Source: Limnothrix sp. BL-A-16 (GTDB lineage: Bacteria > Cyanobacteriota > Cyanobacteriia > CACIAM-69d). Taken from it: a DNA stretch of 64,000 bases. This document shows positions 10,006-20,549 of the stretch, in pieces. The translations under genes were made by a program, and so were the position numbers. Numbering within the stretch: the first letter of the stretch is position 1; each line of letters begins with the position of its first letter. The stretch is from NCBI GenBank assembly GCA_041937175.2, contig CP166615.1, forward strand, positions 2,496,001 through 2,560,000, written 5' to 3'. The notes under the pieces are model-generated. The model worked only from the letters and a program-made list of their open reading frames with translations, was not told where the DNA came from and searched no databases.

Positions 10006-10761
10006 TTAGGCATGGGTTTGGGATTTTTCTGCGGCCGCAGCGGCCGATCGCACCCAAGTTAACAGCTCCTGAGGATGCTGAAACAGCATATCCGGCTGGC
10101 TGTTGCGCAACGCTCGTTCAGAATTAAACCCCCAAGCCACGGAAAGACTGACCACGCCCGATCGGCGGGCCGCTTCCACATCCCTTGTTTCGTCGCCCAC
10201 ATAGGCAACGGCTTCGCGCTGAAGGCCGGCCTGTCGCCGCACCCGTGAGATGGCGCGATCTTTGCTGAACAGGCGCAAACTGGCATCAATCCAGGTGAAA
10301 TAGTGCCGCCAGCCCATCAGGGTGAGGAAGCGATCGACGGTCGATCGCTGGTTGGAAGTTACAATCCCCAGCCGATAGCCCGCCGATCGCAGTTCTCGCA
10401 ACACTTCCTCAATGCCCTGAATGGGCTGGAGGCGATGCAAATCGGCCTGGAGTTCCCGCTTCAGGCAATAGATCAGCCAAGGGCGCTGCCAAGTGGGCAC
10501 ATTGCTGTTTTGCAGCACCATGCGAGAGTCGCAGTCCCGCAGTCGGGCAATTCGTTCCGGGGTCAAGCGGGGATAGCCAAAGCGTCCCGAGAGGCGATCG
10601 AGAATTTCAACCACCGCCTGAAAGGAGTCTGCCAGCGTGCCATCAAAGTCGAACAAAATTAACCGCAAGTGCTGAGGATTAACCGATACAGCACTGGTGG
10701 GCAGGGACTGCGGCCCGCCGGCCGCTGCCGCCGTAGACGCAAGCACGTGATGGGCGTTCAA
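10006..10761 (-). CDS. HAD-family hydrolase (phosphoglycolate phosphatase-like); start uncertain
   Basis: [20 protein letters not shown] motifs. Confidence 0.88.
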   Translation of the reverse strand: MNAHHVLASTAAAAGGPQSLPTSAVSVNPQHLRLILFDFDGTLADSFQAVVEILDRLSGRFGYPRLTPERIARLRDCDSRMVLQNSNVPTWQRPWLIYCLKRELQADLHRLQPIQGIEEVLRELRSAGYRLGIVTSNQRSTVDRFLTLMGWRHYFTWIDASLRLFSKDRAISRVRRQAGLQREAVAYVGDETRDVEAARRSGVVSLSVAWGFNSERALRNSQPDMLFQHPQELLTWVRSAAAAAEKSQTHA

Positions 10762-11984
10762 GGATGAGACTCAGAATCCAGTTGGGGATCAATGGAGGGA
10801 TCGATAGGGCGATCGGGAGGGGAATCAGCCGATCGGGGCGGAGACAACGATGAAGCTTGCAACGAAACATTCGGGTCTAATTTCAGACTAGCACGGGCAT
10901 TTCGTCGCCACATCGCAGGCTTAATGCGTCGTAAAGCGGATCCCCGAAAGGCTTGATCCCAAGCCTCATCGCTGAGTTGAGCAAGCTGATCCAAGCGCGG
11001 AGCCACCACCCCCGATCGGGGTCGAAAGTCTTCAATATCCGTCGGCTGGGCAAATCGTTGATTCCAGGGGCAAACATCCTGGCAAATGTCGCAGCCCGCA
11101 ACCCAACCCTGAAGGTTCTTGGCAATTTCCGAAGGCAGGGTCTCCGCGCGGTTCTCGATCGTGTGATAGGCAATGCAGCGGTTAGCATCCACCACAAACG
11201 GCTCGGGAATCGCCCCCGTAGGACAAGCATCCAGACAACGGGTGCAAGTGCCGCAATGGCTGGTATGCGGGCGATCGGGCAACAATTCCAGCGTGGTGAA
11301 CAGCTCCCCCAAAAACACCCAGGAGCCATACTGGCGCGTAATTAAATTGCCATTTTTGCCAATCCACCCCAAACCCGCTTCCTGAGCCCAGGCTTTATCT
11401 TGCACCGGGCTGCTGTCCACGGCCCAGCGGCTCTGTGCTCGGGGATCCAACGTCACTAACCACTGAGCCAGAGCCTTCAGGCGGGTTTCCAAAACTCGGT
11501 GGTAATCCCGTCCCCAGGCATAGCGGGCAATTTTGCCAAATTGGGGCTGGTCAAGTTGGGGCTGAGCTTGGGCAGGCTGAGATTGGGCAGGCTCGATCGC
11601 TGACTCAGCTTGGGAAAAGGATGGGTTCAAGGGCCGCTGTTCGAGGGGCCGCTGTTCAGGACTGTAGTAATTCAGGGCAACGCAGATGACCGATCGCGCC
11701 TCGGGCATGAATTCTCGCGCATCAAATCGCTTGGGAGCCGCCATCCATTTCATTTCGGCGGCAAACCCGCGATCGAGCCAGCGTTGGAGGGCTGATACGG
11801 CCGATGGTAAGGGTGGGTACTCTGAGCTTATAGCTGCTATTCCCACCTGATGAAACCCCAGGGCGAGAGCTTTCGTTTTCACTTGGTATGTGTTTCGGCG
11901 AGCGATCGCCACTGGGGAAGACCCGCCCACAGCAGGGTCATACTCCAATGCGGTTGTGTCCATCGCGATTGGCTCACAAGACAC
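10758..11984 (-). CDS. queG: tRNA epoxyqueuosine reductase
   Basis: [43 protein letters not shown]. Confidence 0.95.
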   Translation of the reverse strand: MSCEPIAMDTTALEYDPAVGGSSPVAIARRNTYQVKTKALALGFHQVGIAAISSEYPPLPSAVSALQRWLDRGFAAEMKWMAAPKRFDAREFMPEARSVICVALNYYSPEQRPLEQRPLNPSFSQAESAIEPAQSQPAQAQPQLDQPQFGKIARYAWGRDYHRVLETRLKALAQWLVTLDPRAQSRWAVDSSPVQDKAWAQEAGLGWIGKNGNLITRQYGSWVFLGELFTTLELLPDRPHTSHCGTCTRCLDACPTGAIPEPFVVDANRCIAYHTIENRAETLPSEIAKNLQGWVAGCDICQDVCPWNQRFAQPTDIEDFRPRSGVVAPRLDQLAQLSDEAWDQAFRGSALRRIKPAMWRRNARASLKLDPNVSLQASSLSPPRSADSPPDRPIDPSIDPQLDSESHP

Positions 11985-12156
11985 GGCAGAGTAGTTGAGA
12001 GCCGGTCATGAACGATTGGTGCAAAAGACTGCGAAGGATCGTCATGGAGGGCGGTGCGGTGACTGCAGACGAGATGTGTTTGGTTACTCGGGTTGCGGAT
12101 GCTAAAGCGAATCAGCGCCCCAGCGTCCTTAGACTTGAACTAGCCAAGCACCTCGT

Positions 12157-13092
12157 TTAGTCATCTTCGAGGATTCGTTCCAATTGCCACAGAATTTGGT
12201 TGCCCTCACGTCGCACGCGAGTCACAATCCAGTTCCGCCAGACCCAGTTTTCACCCCGACTGGTCACGGCACTGGCGTTAACATCCATCAGATCAGCCAA
12301 TTCTGAGCTGGCAATCAGATATCCTCGATCGGCGACCTCATCGGCAATGCGTAGGGTTTCGATCAAGTTGCGCAATTGACCCACACGCACGTCGCGCAGA
12401 TCGGCATCCGTTGGCGCGATCGCCAGTTGATCCAAAACAGGTTCAGACATGGTTTCAGGTATAGCTGCTATCGAGACTGTAGTTGTGTCTGAAGCATCGA
12501 GATGAGATTTGCTCGCAGGCTCCGATTCCGGAAACTCCGAGCGATCGAAAATCTCTAGCTTCAATTGATCTAATTTAGGCGATCGGCCGGCCGCAAAAAC
12601 GCGGGCAATTTCATCACATCGTTCATTTCCCGCCTCGCCCGAGTGGCCGCGCACGTATTCCCAGCGCACAGCGGGATTGTTCAAAGCATCCAGACGCTCC
12701 CAAAGATCTCGATTGAGCACCGGTTGCCCGCTGGCAGTTTTCCAGCCTTTTCGTCGCCAATTTCGCACCCACTCTGTAATCCCTTTAATAACGTACTGAC
12801 TATCCGTTAGTAAAGTAATTGACTCGCCTTGGCCGTATTGATGCCAGAATTGCAGCGCTTCAATGGCGGCTTGCATCTCCATTCGATTATTAGTTGTGTT
12901 GGAAGTACCTCCACCCATTTCATGACAAGAGCTGTTTGAAAATCGCACTAAAACACCCCAACCGCCGGGCCCTGGATTACCGGAGCAAGCCCCGTCAGTG
13001 TAGATACGCGAAATTTGATGTGAGTCGATCGACAATGGGGGCATGGAGGCGATGGGAGAGGGTGTCATTGTTAGTGGCGGGGCCGTTGGCAA
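12157..13092 (-). CDS. rnhA: Ribonuclease HI with C-terminal extension; start uncertain
   Basis: IYTDGACSGNPGPGGWG, TTNNRMEM, TDSQYV, VRGHSG..GNERCD. Confidence 0.93.
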   Translation of the reverse strand: MPTAPPLTMTPSPIASMPPLSIDSHQISRIYTDGACSGNPGPGGWGVLVRFSNSSCHEMGGGTSNTTNNRMEMQAAIEALQFWHQYGQGESITLLTDSQYVIKGITEWVRNWRRKGWKTASGQPVLNRDLWERLDALNNPAVRWEYVRGHSGEAGNERCDEIARVFAAGRSPKLDQLKLEIFDRSEFPESEPASKSHLDASDTTTVSIAAIPETMSEPVLDQLAIAPTDADLRDVRVGQLRNLIETLRIADEVADRGYLIASSELADLMDVNASAVTSRGENWVWRNWIVTRVRREGNQILWQLERILEDD

Positions 13093-13629
13093 TCAATTGT
13101 TATATTTTTATGACTTTGCTGGCTGGAAACCCTAATAGCTCTGGGTTTTTCTCAATATCCCTACTAGGCCTTGCTCAACCTTGCTGAGTCTAAAGCACTC
13201 AATCTGGTCAAGTTCTTGAGTGGGTGTTGATGGATCCCGGTCGATCGAGCAGCAGCGGGGGGACTCTAGGATGCACGTTTTCAAAGTGCATGTTTTCAAA
13301 GTGAACATTTTGCCATGCACGTTTTGCCAAAAGCCTTTTGATCACCCGATCGGCCTTTGGCTCTCAACCTGTTCAAGATTTAGAGGCAAGTGGGAAACAA
13401 TCGCTCATGCCCAGCCCGACAACCACAACATTCAGCATCAGCAGACCGCTTGGTCTTTCACTCTGTTGCCGTTCATTCTTGGTTGTTAGACTGCGATCGA
13501 GCGTTGACCCTATTGCCCGATCAGGGCTATTGCCCTACTCATATTCTAGTCGTTGAAGAGACAACAGGGATCGAAAGGTAACACTCAAGATTGAAGAATC
13601 TATGAGAGTCACTTTTGATTTTTTAGTAA

Positions 13630-13702
13630 TGCCAGGAGGCGGACTTGAACCGCCGACACGAGGATTTTCAGTCCTCTGCTCTACCGGCTGAGCTATCCCG
13701 GC
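13630..13702 (-). tRNA. tRNA-Phe(GAA), no encoded CCA
   Basis: GCCGGGATAGCTCAGCCGGTAGAGCAGAGGACTGAAAATCCTCGTGTCGGCGGTTCAAGTCCGCCTCCTGGCA cloverleaf. Confidence 0.97.
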
Positions 13703-13739
13703 TAGGATTTTCAGGCGCTGCTGTTTTCAGCGCCTAAAT

Positions 13740-13768
13740 AAATTAGCAAACTTGATCAGGATTGGCAA
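13740..13768 (-). promoter_or_regulatory. Sigma70-like promoter of tRNA-Phe
   Basis: TTGCCA-N17-TAATTT on the minus strand. Confidence 0.55.
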
Positions 13769-13809
13769 GGGATTCGCTAATTTTTTTGGAAGAACCGGCT
13801 TTCTAACGC

Positions 13810-14268
13810 CTATTGGATCGGTTGTAGGCGGGTGACCTTGAGCTTGAAGGGGCCGCCAACGGCTTTGCCAAAGGTTTGAACCCGCACCACATACTCGCCT
13901 GTGTTCTGAATGCTGGTGAAAATCAGGGAGTTCGTGCCGCTGTCGGGGCCGTCGTCATTCTCGGCAATGCTGGAACCGTCATCGGCAATGAGCATCAGGA
14001 CAGTATCGAAGCTGTCGGAGCTGGCGGTGATTTCAACTCGATCGCCTGCCGTGAGCGAGATTTTATAGTCCCGGGCAAATCCCCCTTGGCCGGTGGGAAT
14101 GTCCTTGGTCGATAGGGTGTCGTTCAACTCGCTGCTGCTGGAAATCGTGCCCGGTTGATAGGTCGGGCTGGCTTGGGCGATCGCCCCGCCACTGCCGGCC
14201 GTGACCAGGGCGATCGCGCCCATCATTCCCACTACACCACGCCGCTGCAAAAAAGACCAAAAAAGCAT
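13810..14268 (-). CDS. Secreted PPC (pre-peptidase C-terminal) domain protein
   Basis: Signal peptide; SDSFDTVLML...ENDDG...NSLI...GEYVVRV pattern. Confidence 0.8.
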   Translation of the reverse strand: MLFWSFLQRRGVVGMMGAIALVTAGSGGAIAQASPTYQPGTISSSSELNDTLSTKDIPTGQGGFARDYKISLTAGDRVEITASSDSFDTVLMLIADDGSSIAENDDGPDSGTNSLIFTSIQNTGEYVVRVQTFGKAVGGPFKLKVTRLQPIQ

Positions 14269-14629
14269 GAAATCACCGTCCCAAGGGCATTGCTCCGATT
14301 ATAGCCAGTCCGATTGAAAATCCCAGTTCCGGAGCCAACCCGATCGCCCTGAATCTCCGGATTAAGCCGAGCGATCGCCCGGCTCCGAAACTCTGGCTAG
14401 TTTAATTACGTCACCGATCTAGCGATAGCCAGACCCCTGCTCCGGAAAATCAGCCCAAACAGTCCCAACGGTTTCTGAACGGCCGAAAATCTTGGAGAGG
14501 TTGCCAAAACCTTGCCCAAACGTTCCCGATTCGGAACCCTTGGCGGTTGAATTTTTGATTGGCTGAAAACCCAGGGACTGGACTTGCCTGATATTTTGGT
14601 TCTGAAGCAACCCAACCGATTTTGCGAAT

Positions 14630-15940
14630 ATGGCTCCTGCGGCTCGTTTAAATGGTTCCGCCACCGTAATCATGCTGGTGAACGGTCAGTCCGTCGAAAT
14701 GGCGATCGACGGGGCCAATGCCCCCGTCACGGCCGGCAATTTTGTGGACTTGGTGGAGCGGGGATTTTATGACGGTATTTCGTTTCACCGCGTGGTGCGA
14801 TCGCCCGATCCCTTTGTGGTGCAAGCGGGAGACCCGGCGAGTAAAGATCCCAACGTGCCGCTCAGCAGCTTGGGAACGGGCGGGTTCATTGACCCAGACA
14901 CCAACCAAACCCGCAGCATTCCCCTCGAAATTAAAGTTCAGGGCGCAGCGGAACCGATCTATAGCCAAACCACCACTCAACCAGTCGCCTTGCCCCACAA
15001 GCAAGGAACCCTGGCCATGGCCCGGGCCCAATCGCCCGATTCCGGCTCGTCGCAGTTCTACATTGCCCTGAAGGAATTGCCGTTTTTGGATGGTAACTAC
15101 GCCACCTTTGGCCAGGTGACCCAAGGGTTTTCGGCGGTGGATGCGATCCAAGCGGGCGATCGCATCACGGCGGCCAAGGTGGTGGATGGAGTTTTGCCGG
15201 GCCGTGCTTCAGTGGTGCTGACGGATGCGACCCGCTTGAACAATGCACACAATTTTCTGAACCGGGCTGACCTGCCGCGCCAGTTCACCTTCCTCACAGA
15301 AGCGGCAGAAACCGTGACCCTGACAGCGGTCCAAAGCCAAAGCACCCCCAGCGGCGTGCGGGGGTTGGGGGGCGATGACGTAATCACCGGCTCCAGCGCG
15401 GCGGATATTGTTTGGGGTGATGCGGGCAATGACTCGATCTTCGGGGGGGACGGAGATGATTATCTGCGCGGCATTGATGGCAATGACCTGATTAATGGTA
15501 ACGGGGGCAACGACTTCCTCAACGGCAATCAGGGCAACGATACGGTCAATGGCGGCGCGGGCGATGATTTTGTGCGCGGCGGCCAGGGCGATGATGTGCT
15601 GCTGGGGGGCGATGGCAACGATGTTCTCTGTGGTGACTTTGGGGCTGATACGTTGACCGGCGGCGCGGGGGCCGATACGTTCCTGCTGCGAACCGATACG
15701 GCGATCGGGATTCGGGCGGCGGCGGATTTGGTGGTGGATTTCAGTGCGGCTCAGGGCGATCGAATCGGCATTGTCGGTTCCGTGAGCTTGGAGCAACTGA
15801 CGCTGCAAAATCAGGGCGGATCCACGGTGCTGCAATTGCCCACGGGTCAGACCTTGGCCACCATCACCGGAACCACTCCCGATTTGGTGCGATCGGCTCT
15901 TGTGGCCGTCAGCGCCAGTGATGCGGTCATGCGTTTGTAG
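14630..15940 (+). CDS. Cyclophilin PPIase fused to RTX Ca2+-binding repeats
   Basis: N-terminal [26 protein letters not shown]-terminal GGxGxDxL nonapeptides. Confidence 0.9.
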   Translation: MAPAARLNGSATVIMLVNGQSVEMAIDGANAPVTAGNFVDLVERGFYDGISFHRVVRSPDPFVVQAGDPASKDPNVPLSSLGTGGFIDPDTNQTRSIPLEIKVQGAAEPIYSQTTTQPVALPHKQGTLAMARAQSPDSGSSQFYIALKELPFLDGNYATFGQVTQGFSAVDAIQAGDRITAAKVVDGVLPGRASVVLTDATRLNNAHNFLNRADLPRQFTFLTEAAETVTLTAVQSQSTPSGVRGLGGDDVITGSSAADIVWGDAGNDSIFGGDGDDYLRGIDGNDLINGNGGNDFLNGNQGNDTVNGGAGDDFVRGGQGDDVLLGGDGNDVLCGDFGADTLTGGAGADTFLLRTDTAIGIRAAADLVVDFSAAQGDRIGIVGSVSLEQLTLQNQGGSTVLQLPTGQTLATITGTTPDLVRSALVAVSASDAVMRL

Positions 15941-15948
15941 ATTTCCTA

Positions 15949-16089
15949 GGGGGTGTCGTCATTGTTCGAGGTGATGCTGAAGTGGTTGATTTTCTGTCCC
16001 CCGTCGTTGTAACAAGGGGCTTAAGCCCCTTGTCCCTCACGATCTGACAACGGTGGAATCAGGGTTTCAGGCGATTTGACGACAGGCCC
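15949..16089 (-). mobile_element. ~141-bp MITE-like element, copy C, followed by a degenerate extra arm to about 16140
   Basis: Ends GGGGGTGTCGTCA / TGACGACAGGCCC, both flanked by TA; central palindrome; reverse complement is colinear with 4347-4488. Confidence 0.72.
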
Positions 16090-16355
16090 TAAGCCCCTTG
16101 CTCCCCACGATCCACAAACGGCAGATCTTGGGTTTCGGGCTAAACGCCGATCGGCTTTGGCCCGGCTTCCCAGTCGGTTTCAGGTGTTGTTTCTCGGCTT
16201 GATTCTGCACAGTAGAGATGCAGCCCCAACTGAGCTATAACTAGCTATTAATCAGTCACTAATCAGTCACGAGTGACTGGTGCTTGGGCGATCGCCACGA
16301 CAGGCCAAGCCCAATCATGACATTCACCCTCATATTCGATCGGGAGGACAGGAAC

Positions 16356-16766
16356 GTGGGTTGGCGAGTCCGGGCCATTCGAGGAGCAACTACCGCAACC
16401 GAAAACACCATTGAAGCCATTCGGGAGGCGGTTCATGAACTACTCGATGCTTTGGAAACCCACAACCGTCTGGAGATGGATGAAGTGGTGAGCGTCACCT
16501 TTTCGGTGACCCGTGACCTGGATGCAGTGTTTCCCGCCAAGATTGCCCGCGAGCGGCCCAACTGGCAAAACGTGCCCCTGATGGATGTGCAGCAAATGCA
16601 TGTGGATGGCAGTTTGCCCCAATGCATTCGACTGCTCGTGCATTTCAACACCCCTGACCCGATCGCCCGAATTCATCATCCCTATCTCCGAGGAGCCAAG
16701 CACCTACGCCCCGATTGGGTTTCAGCCCAGGAAGTACGCCAGAAGGAACTGATCGTTAACTCCTAA
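16356..16766 (+). CDS. aroH: Chorismate mutase, AroH class
   Basis: RAIRGATT, FSVTRDLDAVFPA, QMHVDGSL..CIR, YLRGA..LRPD; GGAGG RBS before GTG. Confidence 0.95.
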   Translation: MGWRVRAIRGATTATENTIEAIREAVHELLDALETHNRLEMDEVVSVTFSVTRDLDAVFPAKIARERPNWQNVPLMDVQQMHVDGSLPQCIRLLVHFNTPDPIARIHHPYLRGAKHLRPDWVSAQEVRQKELIVNS

Positions 16767-16810
16767 TTCTTTCAAGGGTTAAGCTAGCGGCAGTTTTGAG
16801 ACTGAGACCT

Positions 16811-18235
16811 GTGACTGCTGAGCGTGCTTCTGTTCCCGATCGGTTAACCTTCCCAGCCAAGCTGGCCTATGGGGCCGGCGACGCAGGCCCCGCCATCACC
16901 GCCAACCTGCTTGTCTTTTTGCAGTTGGCATTTTTAACGGATGTGGCCGGGTTGCCCGCCGGGTTAGCTGGCTCGGTGTTGATGGTCAGCAAAATTGGCG
17001 ATGCCATCAACGACCCGATCATCGGCGTAATGAGCGATCGCACTCGTTCCCGTTGGGGTCGTCGCTATTCCTGGATGCTCTGGGGGGCGATTCCCTTCGG
17101 CATTCTCTTTTTCTTGCAGTGGCTTGTGCCGCCGGGCAACACCTGGCTGCTCTATGGCTACTACGTGGTCTTGGGGCTGCTGTTCAATACTGCCTATACG
17201 GCGGTGAACTTACCCTACACAGCCCTCACTGCCGAGCTAACGGATGACTATGACGAACGCACCAGTCTCAACAGCTTCCGGTTTGCCTTCTCGATCGGGG
17301 GCAGTCTCCTATCGCTGATTTTGGGCAAGATCGTTGCCGATCAAATTTCCGACCCCGTTTGGCAATACATCTGGTTAGCCGCCATTTGCACCCTGCTTTC
17401 CGTGTTGCCCATTCTCTGGTGCGTTGTGGGCACGTTTCGGTATGGCATGGCCGCCGAGCGCCGCTGCGCCGAACGAAATGAAACCGCCCCCAGTTTGGGT
17501 CTGAAACAACAATTGGCGATCGTCTTTCAAAATCGCCCCTTCCTCTACGTCATTGGGATCTATCTCTGTTCCTGGCTGGCCGTGCAACTCACCGCCTCCA
17601 TCCTGCCCTACTTCGTTGTGAGCTACATGGGGCTACAGCAGGCAGACTTCTTCATGGTGGCGATCGGGGTGCAGCTCACCGCCTTTGCCATGTTGTTTGT
17701 GTGGAGTGCCCTCAGCCGCCGTTGGGGCAAACGGGGGGTCTACTTCGCAGGCATGAGCCTTTGGATCATTGCCCAAGCGGGTTTGTTGTTGCTGCAACCG
17801 GGGCAAACCGGCTTGCTGTACCTGTTGGCGGTGATGGCGGGCGTTGGGGTCTCCACGGCTTATCTCGTTCCTTGGTCGATGCTGCCGGATGTGATTGAAC
17901 TAGACGAGCTAACCACCGGGCAACGCCGGGAAGGTGTGTTCTATGCCTTCATGGTCTTTTTGCAAAAGTTGGGGTTAGCTCTGGCCCTGTGGCTGGTGGG
18001 TATTGCGCTGGAAGTGGCTGGCTATCTGCCCACAGCCGCCGGAGGCACGCCGGCCAACCAACCGGCCTCAGCCCTGTTGGCCATTCGGCTGGCGATCGGC
18101 CCTTTGCCTACCGCAGCCCTGATTGGCGGCTTGGTTTTGGCTTATTTCTACCCCATTACCCGTGACATCCACGCGGAAATTTTGCTGAAGCTGGCAGAGC
18201 GCAAACGGGCCAATCAACAGGCCAGTCAGGACTAG
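16811..18235 (+). CDS. MFS glycoside-pentoside-hexuronide (MelB-like) transporter
   Basis: DAINDPIIGVMSDRTRSRWGRR, LPDVIELDEL..GQRREG; about 12 hydrophobic segments. Confidence 0.9.
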   Translation: MTAERASVPDRLTFPAKLAYGAGDAGPAITANLLVFLQLAFLTDVAGLPAGLAGSVLMVSKIGDAINDPIIGVMSDRTRSRWGRRYSWMLWGAIPFGILFFLQWLVPPGNTWLLYGYYVVLGLLFNTAYTAVNLPYTALTAELTDDYDERTSLNSFRFAFSIGGSLLSLILGKIVADQISDPVWQYIWLAAICTLLSVLPILWCVVGTFRYGMAAERRCAERNETAPSLGLKQQLAIVFQNRPFLYVIGIYLCSWLAVQLTASILPYFVVSYMGLQQADFFMVAIGVQLTAFAMLFVWSALSRRWGKRGVYFAGMSLWIIAQAGLLLLQPGQTGLLYLLAVMAGVGVSTAYLVPWSMLPDVIELDELTTGQRREGVFYAFMVFLQKLGLALALWLVGIALEVAGYLPTAAGGTPANQPASALLAIRLAIGPLPTAALIGGLVLAYFYPITRDIHAEILLKLAERKRANQQASQD

Positions 18236-18334
18236 GAAAGCGCTAGGCCAGGATCCATCCTCACGGGGCGATCGCCCCGTTCCTCTGCCTTGCGAACTCG
18301 GTTCAAAAAAATTCAAAAAAATTCAGAAAACCCC

Positions 18335-18364
18335 TTGACCCTTCTCGGAAGTTGTTGTTACTAT
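18335..18364 (+). promoter_or_regulatory. Sigma70-like promoter of tRNA-Gln
   Basis: TTGACC-N18-TACTAT. Confidence 0.5.
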
Positions 18365-18382
18365 ACTCAAGCCTTCGGGCAA

Positions 18383-18454
18383 TGGGGCGTCGCCAAGCGG
18401 TAAGGCAGCGGGTTTTGGTCCCGCCATTCCTAGGTTCGAATCCTAGCGCCCCAG
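18383..18454 (+). tRNA. tRNA-Gln(UUG), no encoded CCA
   Basis: TGGGGCGTCGCCAAGCGGTAAGGCAGCGGGTTTTGGTCCCGCCATTCCTAGGTTCGAATCCTAGCGCCCCAG. Confidence 0.96.
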
Positions 18455-18860
18455 TTAAAACGCTAGTTACAGAAAATTAGTTACAGAAAGCCTGTTGATT
18501 GCGCTTCAACCAAGCTGGTCAATAAAAAACCGAAACATAAAATCAAGAGTAATTAAGATCAAGAACAGTATCTTGGTAATTCACACGGGCCCACACCCAG
18601 ACAGAGCTTAGGAACCCATCTAGGAATTGAGATATCAATCACTGAGGCGCGATCGAGACCCGATCGAGGCATGATTGAGAGATCAATTTGGCAACTCAAT
18701 TTTGCAACCCAATTTGGCAACCGAGTTTAGAAACCCAATTTAGAAACCGAATCGGGAACTCAATTGGCAAGCTCCCCTTGTGAACTCAAGCGCGGGAAAA
18801 GCAAGTCATCGGTGGTCAATTTTGCACAATCCATCAACCCTATTGACGAGGACAACTGAG

Positions 18861-19298
18861 GTGGCAACCTGGCAATGTATCAAAGGCTGTGGAGCCTGCT
18901 GTCATCTCGATCCCAACGAACGCCCCGACCTGGAAAGCTATTTAGAACCCGAGGATTTATTGCTCTATCTGAGCATGGTGGGGCCCGATGGTTGGTGCAT
19001 GAATTATGACCAATTGAACCGAGAATGCACGATCTATGACGATCGCCCCTGGTTCTGTCGGGTACAAGTCGAAACCTTTCAGCGGATGTTCGAGATTGAG
19101 CCAGCGGAATTGAACGACTTTGCGATCGAGTGCTGCCGCGATCAAATCAGCGGAGTTTATGGCGATCTGAGCTTGGAAATGCATCGGTTCGATCGCGCCG
19201 TAGGCCTCACCCTCAGCACCAACACCCCAGCAACCCCCGATCCGTTGGCGTTGGATCCGTCTGGATTGGATCAATCGGCATTTGAGCAGCAGAATTGA
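18861..19298 (+). CDS. YkgJ-family cysteine-cluster (zinc/Fe-S-binding) protein
   Basis: CIKGCGACC...GWC...CTIYDDRPWFCR. Confidence 0.85.
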   Translation: MATWQCIKGCGACCHLDPNERPDLESYLEPEDLLLYLSMVGPDGWCMNYDQLNRECTIYDDRPWFCRVQVETFQRMFEIEPAELNDFAIECCRDQISGVYGDLSLEMHRFDRAVGLTLSTNTPATPDPLALDPSGLDQSAFEQQN

Positions 19299-19421
19299 CT
19301 CAACGGAATACTCAATGCCCCAAACAATGCAACAAAATGCGCAATGTAGTGAGATCCCAATCGCGCAGAGGGCTGCATTCGGATTAAATTGAGGATTGGC
19401 TCTTTCAGTTTCCTGAGTTCC

Positions 19422-19694
19422 ATGTCTGACCCTAACGCTTTACCCGACTGGATTCGCCAAATCGTGCAGGATCAACCCCTCAGCAACGAGCAGGCGACTT
19501 GTTTGCATTGGATTGGCGATGCTTACCAACTGCTGATGCAGCTCAATAGCTTTAGCTTGAGTGAGTATTCTGAGCAGGTGCAGCATCTCGATCGGGTAGC
19601 GGAAATGGCTCGGGCAGGAAGTCGGCTAGCTCAACATGCACCGGAAGTGGTGGAAGCCTTGGTTCAACAGCAGCCGGTGGGCCGCTCCTCCTGA
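19422..19694 (+). CDS. Hypothetical protein, translationally coupled to pilD
   Basis: Plausible ~90-aa ORF whose TGA overlaps the pilD ATG. Confidence 0.6.
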   Translation: MSDPNALPDWIRQIVQDQPLSNEQATCLHWIGDAYQLLMQLNSFSLSEYSEQVQHLDRVAEMARAGSRLAQHAPEVVEALVQQQPVGRSS

Positions 19695-20542
19695 TGTTCA
19701 CCCCCGAACAATTGGCGCTGGTGGTGGTGGCGATCGCCCTGGGGGTTTCCGTCGGAAGCTTCTTGAATGTGGTGGTTTATCGCCTCCCCGCCGGGTTATC
19801 GCTGCTGCACCCGCCCTCCCGCTGCCCCAAATGTTTGCACCGGCTGGCTCCCCACGACAATGTGCCGGTTTTGGGCTGGCTGTGGTTGCGGGGTCGTTGT
19901 CGCTATTGCGCAGCCCCGATCGCCCTGCGCTATCCCTTGGTGGAAGCCAGCACAGGCCTGTTGTTTGCCGCGATCGCCCTGCGAGTTAGCACCACCGAAC
20001 CGGAAGCGGTGTTCAGTCCCTGGGGTCTGAGCATGATTTTGGGGGGATGGATCTTCGTGAGCTGGCTGTTAGCCCTGGCGCTCATTGACTGGGACACCCT
20101 CACCCTGCCCAACTCGCTCACCCAATCGGGCCTGCTGTTGGGATTGGGATTCAGAACCGCCTTCGGAGCGATTGAAACGGGCCAGGGCAGCGGCGCGGCG
20201 GCCGGATTGCTGAATGCCCTGTTGGCCATGGCGCTTGGTTTGTGGTTGTTTCAGGCGATCGCCACCCTGGGCAGCTTGATTTGGGGACGCACGGCCATGG
20301 GGGCCGGAGATGTGAAGCTGGCGGCCATGCTGGGAGCTTGGTTGGGTTGGAAATTGCTGTTGCTGGCGAGTTTTTTGGCCTGCGCGATCGGGGCAGTAGC
20401 CGGCTTGGGCGCAATTGGCCTGGGTTGGCTACGGCGCGATCGGGTCTTGCCCTTCGGCCCATTTTTGGCCCTGGGTAGCCTGATCGCCCTCCTCTCGGGC
20501 CCGGAAATCATCACAGCCTACTGGCAATTTTGGATGCGCTAG
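19694..20542 (+). CDS. pilD: Type IV prepilin peptidase
   Basis: GSFLNVVVYRLP, two CxxC zinc motifs, LIDW, MGAGDVKL, LPFGPFL. Confidence 0.95.
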   Translation: MFTPEQLALVVVAIALGVSVGSFLNVVVYRLPAGLSLLHPPSRCPKCLHRLAPHDNVPVLGWLWLRGRCRYCAAPIALRYPLVEASTGLLFAAIALRVSTTEPEAVFSPWGLSMILGGWIFVSWLLALALIDWDTLTLPNSLTQSGLLLGLGFRTAFGAIETGQGSGAAAGLLNALLAMALGLWLFQAIATLGSLIWGRTAMGAGDVKLAAMLGAWLGWKLLLLASFLACAIGAVAGLGAIGLGWLRRDRVLPFGPFLALGSLIALLSGPEIITAYWQFWMR

Positions 20543-20549
20543 GCCGCAG

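Noticed and set aside
13630..18454. tRNA-anchored integrated element
   Set aside because: No integrase or duplicated tRNA 3' end seen; the flanking genes are host-like
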